Assembly: GCA_046263215.1 (NCBI GenBank)
Contig: JBHELH010000318.1
Location: forward strand, 778 to 64,777
DNA: 64,000 nucleotides
Source: Gemmatimonadaceae bacterium
GTDB lineage: Bacteria > Gemmatimonadota > Gemmatimonadetes > Gemmatimonadales > Gemmatimonadaceae
Direction: 5' to 3'
How positions within the stretch are numbered: the stretch's first letter is position 1; each line of letters begins with the position of its first letter. Positions 61,161 through 64,000 of the stretch are shown in pieces. The notes beneath the pieces were generated by a model, which saw only the letters and a list, made by a program, of their open reading frames with translations, did not search any database and had not been told where the DNA came from. A program made the translations under genes and the position numbers.

Positions 61161-61189
61161 CGGTACGGTTCTTCCGTCGACTGCGGCGC

Positions 61190-62116
61190 GTGACTAATCC
61201 ACTACGCTTCGCATTGCTGCTCGTGCTCGCCTCGGGTTGCGCGCGGGTCGCGACGACACGCCCTCGGCCGGTAACGCAGAGCTTCGCCGGTTTCGACGTC
61301 GCCATTTATCCGGGCGAGGCCGCGATGCGCGCGTGGCTGCGGCCGAACTCGCCCTACTACTGGGTCGGCTACTACCTCCCCGCGCCCTGCCACCGCGACA
61401 CGTCGTGGGCCGGTAAGCGCGCGACCCTCGCCGGGATGGGTTGGGGACTCGCGGTGCTCTACGTCGGTCAGCAGGCGTGGGAAGGCGTCCCCGAACGGGT
61501 CGCGGCGGCAGACACCGCGCGTCCGGCGGGAGACACGGCGGGCGCCGCGGCGGGCGTGCAACGCAACATCGTGTGTTCGCGCACGCTGCTCACCGCGGCG
61601 CAGGGATTAGCCGAGGCGAACGACGCCATCACCAAAGCATCCGCCGACGGCTTCCCGCGCGGCACGCACATCTTCCTCGACATCGAGCGGATGACGACGA
61701 TCCCGCAGGCGATGCGGGACTACTACCGCGCGTGGGTGGCGCGCGTGCTGGCCGACGGGCGTTTCCGTCCCGCGATCTACGCGCACCAGCGCAACGCGGC
61801 CGAAATTTACGGGGACGTTCGCGCGACATTCGACGCGGCCGGCGTCCGCGACGAGCCGTCATTTTGGGTGTCGAGCCCCGCAGCGGCCACCCTGACCAGC
61901 TCGCCGTCCGAGGTCGGCTTCCGTTTCGCGCGTGTTTGGCAGCACGCGCTCGATGCGTCGCAGACGTTCAACGGCGTCACGTTGCGGCGAATCGACGCGA
62001 ACGTCTCCGACAGCCCGTCGCCGTCGGCGGCAGGGCCTGTCATCGCGAACTCAGGGCAGAGCGCGGCACGCGGGCCCGCGGGAGCGCCGCCTGGGCTGGT
62101 GACGGTCTCGCCGTGA
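61190..62116 (+). CDS. DUF1906 (Rv2525c-like) lipoprotein, paralog 2
   Basis: Start re-set to GVG 61190 read as GTG (VTNPLRFALLLVLASGC lipobox); the track start 61127 lies inside the repeat arm. Long blocks are collinear with the upstream paralog (WVGYYLPAPCH.D.SWAGKRA.L..MGWGLAV.YVGQQ.W.GVP; GFPRGT.IFLDIERM...P.AMRDYY..WVARVLADGRF.P.IYAH). Confidence 0.85.
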   Translation: MTNPLRFALLLVLASGCARVATTRPRPVTQSFAGFDVAIYPGEAAMRAWLRPNSPYYWVGYYLPAPCHRDTSWAGKRATLAGMGWGLAVLYVGQQAWEGVPERVAAADTARPAGDTAGAAAGVQRNIVCSRTLLTAAQGLAEANDAITKASADGFPRGTHIFLDIERMTTIPQAMRDYYRAWVARVLADGRFRPAIYAHQRNAAEIYGDVRATFDAAGVRDEPSFWVSSPAAATLTSSPSEVGFRFARVWQHALDASQTFNGVTLRRIDANVSDSPSPSAAGPVIANSGQSAARGPAGAPPGLVTVSP

Positions 62117-62153
62117 CGGGCCGCCGGCGCCCCACGCAGCACGCACGCGGACG

Positions 62154-62564
62154 ATGCGACACGGATTGATGTACCAGGGTGGGTTCGAGCAGAACTTCGC
62201 GACGCTCGAGCCTGGCGCGCGCACCTTCCGCACGTCGGACGGCGCGGAGCAGTCGATTCCCGACTGGCCGGAGACAGTCGACGGTGTACGCTTCGGCTAC
62301 ATGGAGCGTCGCGGTCGGAAGTTCCTGCTCGTGCGTCTCCAATTCGATGAGCACGACGTCGTCCTCCGCACGCCGGTGGCGCTCGACCGGATGCGGCACA
62401 TGGGCAACCAGCGCTTCGCCCCGCGGCCGATCCTGCTGACCGACGCCAACGCGTCAGCGCTGCTCGACGACGTGATCGAGTGCAACCCCGAGCAGAGCAC
62501 CGAGATCGCACTGTTGATCAACCGCGTGAACCAGGTGAGGCGTGGTCGGGTAGTGTCGTCGTAG
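62154..62564 (+). CDS. Hypothetical cytoplasmic protein
   Basis: 136-aa ORF with good third-position GC, 37 nt after the paralog stop. I recognised no family. Confidence 0.6.
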   Translation: MRHGLMYQGGFEQNFATLEPGARTFRTSDGAEQSIPDWPETVDGVRFGYMERRGRKFLLVRLQFDEHDVVLRTPVALDRMRHMGNQRFAPRPILLTDANASALLDDVIECNPEQSTEIALLINRVNQVRRGRVVSS

Positions 62565-62567
62565 GGC

Positions 62568-63032
62568 TCGGGCTGCGAGGGCGGAGGGGCGAGGGCGTTT
62601 CGGGGAAACAGCGTGGCCGCGGATGACGCGGATGACGCGGAAACGCGCTGATCGCTCCGTGGGACGGTCCGGCCTCCGCTCGCTGGCCCCTGGAAGACCT
62701 TTGCTACACCCCCGGGACGCCACGAGGCACCCTCCCTGTCATCCCGCAGGAGCGAGCGAAGCGAGCGAGTGTCGGGATCTACTTTACGTGCCCTGTGGGT
62801 AGCCACGCTGCAGTGGAAGTAGATCCCGACACTCGCGGCCGCATGCGGCGGCGCTCCTGCGGGATGACAGGGACGGGGCGAGGGTGGCTCCCCGCGGGTG
62901 TAGCCGAGGCATCGTCCGGGCTCGTGGCGGCGCGGAGCCTGGAGCGCAGAGGGGCGATCCGCGCTCTTCCGCGTCATCCGCGTCATCCGCGGCCGCGCCG
63001 TTCGCGAACGACGCCCTCGCCCTTCCGCCGTC
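62568..63032. repeat. Composite nested-palindromic element, copy E (full; best-preserved core hairpin)
   Basis: GCGAGGGCGGAGGGGCGAGGGCGTTTCGGGG...GGCCGCGGATGACGCGGATGACGCGG...GGAAGACCTTTGCTACACCCCCGGGACGC...core hairpin 62736-62870...GGGTGTAGCCGAGGCATCGTCCGGGCTCGTGGCGG...CCGCGTCATCCGCGTCATCCGCGGCC...CGAACGACGCCCTCGCCCTTCCGCCGTCGC. Confidence 0.9.
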
Positions 63033-63038
63033 GCTTCC

Positions 63039-63572
63039 CTACCGCTTCGGCAGATCGGGACAGTTCTCTCGCCGCCGGGTGTCGGTCAATCCGAAGATGC
63101 GCCAGCCTGCGGGGCGGCGAACCATCTGGAAGGCATCGACTCCGCAGTGGTTCTTTCGGTCGCCGATGTAGAAGGTGTAATCGACCCACGCGACCGCGTA
63201 GGGACCGTCGATGAGGACGCGCTCGTTGGCGATTCGCTCGTCATAGACTTCCGCGTGCGGCGTGCCGATCGCGCGCAAGAACATGCCGAGCGAGTCGTCG
63301 GAGACGGTGAGTGCGCCCTGACGGACGCCGACGCTCTGGAGGCGCGCCCCGGGCTCGAAAAGCGCCCGCGCCGCGCTGCTGTCCTGCGCGCGCATCGCGT
63401 CGAACAGACGCTGGACGACGTCGACCACCTCGCGCTCGCGAGCACCAAGTGTGGCGGTCTGCGACCGAGAGCTCGCGGCAACGGTTGCCGATGACGAGGC
63501 GCTACTGCGCGGCGCCGGCACCGTACAGGCGGCGGCGAGCAAAGCTGTGGCGGCGAGAGGTGCGCAACGCAT
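63039..63572 (-). CDS. NTF2-like (SnoaL/DUF4440-type) lipoprotein
   Basis: Start re-set to ATG 63572 (MRCAPLAATALLAAAC lipobox). NTF2-like core: VVDVVQRLFDAMRAQD...ERVLIDGPYAVAWVDYTFYIG...GVDAFQMVRRPAGWRIFGLTD. Confidence 0.75.
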   Translation of the reverse strand: MRCAPLAATALLAAACTVPAPRSSASSSATVAASSRSQTATLGAREREVVDVVQRLFDAMRAQDSSAARALFEPGARLQSVGVRQGALTVSDDSLGMFLRAIGTPHAEVYDERIANERVLIDGPYAVAWVDYTFYIGDRKNHCGVDAFQMVRRPAGWRIFGLTDTRRRENCPDLPKR

Positions 63573-63666
63573 TAGCTGAGGCGTGAAGGCGTCGGAGAGA
63601 ACGTGACGGCGACGCCCCGTGCTGTCCAGCGTCCGTCGCGGGGGCTTACAGTTTCCGAACCGCGGC

Positions 63667-63945
63667 TCACCAGTCGCCGCGCTCCTCGCCACGCCGGTAC
63701 GCGCGCAGCAGCGTGAAGACGATTCCGGTATTGCCGACGATCACCCCGGAGTAGAACGCGAGCCTCGCGTAGCGGTCGTCGGTCGTATGCATCGACCAGC
63801 CGAGCAGGTAGAGACCGATCAGCATCCACATCACGCACAGCGCGCCCGTGCGGACCATGTCGCGTCGTCGGACGCGCTCGGCCTCCAGCTCCGCGGCCTC
63901 TCGGGCCCGGGCCATCTCCTCGAGCAACTCTTTGCGAAGCGGCAT
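63667..63945 (-). CDS. Small membrane protein (2 TM); 5' limit uncertain near window edge
   Basis: ATG 63945 gives MPLRKELLEEMARAREAAELEAERVRRRDMVRTGALCVMWMLIGLYLLGW...FYSGVIVGNTGIVFTLL. The track ORF starts at TTG 63996 and the frame is open to the window end. Confidence 0.5.
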   Translation of the reverse strand: MPLRKELLEEMARAREAAELEAERVRRRDMVRTGALCVMWMLIGLYLLGWSMHTTDDRYARLAFYSGVIVGNTGIVFTLLRAYRRGEERGDW

Positions 63946-64000
63946 GCGACCGGCCCGCGCGGTGGAATCGATCGACGAGTGGATCCGACCAAACAAATGC

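Noticed and set aside
1-64000. Prophage, integrative element, defence island or secondary-metabolite cluster
   Set aside because: I recognised no integrase, transposase, recombinase, phage structural, restriction-modification, cas, toxin-antitoxin, PKS/NRPS or similar hallmark in any frame. The HNH endonuclease is solitary. Gene content is mostly envelope, peptidase and housekeeping functions.

Overview
High-GC (by eye about 70% G+C) chromosomal segment from a Gram-negative, soil-type bacterium. The gene content fits a Gemmatimonadota- or Acidobacteriota-like lineage: a Ser/Thr kinase fused to TolB/PD40 repeats, a 1094-aa Asp-box/BNR protein, many lipoproteins, and secreted M28/M48/S9/S1C peptidases and amidohydrolases. 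That placement is inference only. I call about 58 protein-coding genes. Many long ORFs in the track are GC-rich shadow ORFs or over-extended N-termini. I re-set starts using ATGA/GTGA start-stop overlaps, signal peptides/lipoboxes and third-position GC. Recognisable genes include rpsD, hrpB, solA-like oxidase, AlaX-type editing protein, a Ca2+/H+ antiporter, an APC permease, and an OmpR/His-kinase pair. There is also a sulfur-trafficking cluster (two-domain sulfurtransferase, split YeeE/YedE, rhodanese), a GT4/DUF218 envelope operon, an HtrA protease, an L,D-transpeptidase and two tandem DUF1906 lipoprotein paralogs. I found no rRNA, tRNA, CRISPR array, transposase, integrase or phage gene. 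The unusual content is non-coding. (1) A five-copy family of 170-480 bp nested-palindromic composite elements sits exactly at gene ends; it includes an apparently empty minimal copy and progressively filled copies. (2) At least 12 further intergenic hairpins have arms built from tandem 7-10-nt units mirrored on both arms, and several share conserved cores. (3) Four places show the coding frame (third-position GC, conserved motifs, coupling signals) switching mid-gene, which implies assembly indels or recent pseudogenisation. (4) Several long gene-free, lower-GC leaders carry orphan terminators. None of these was compared to any database; all family assignments come from motif recognition by eye.
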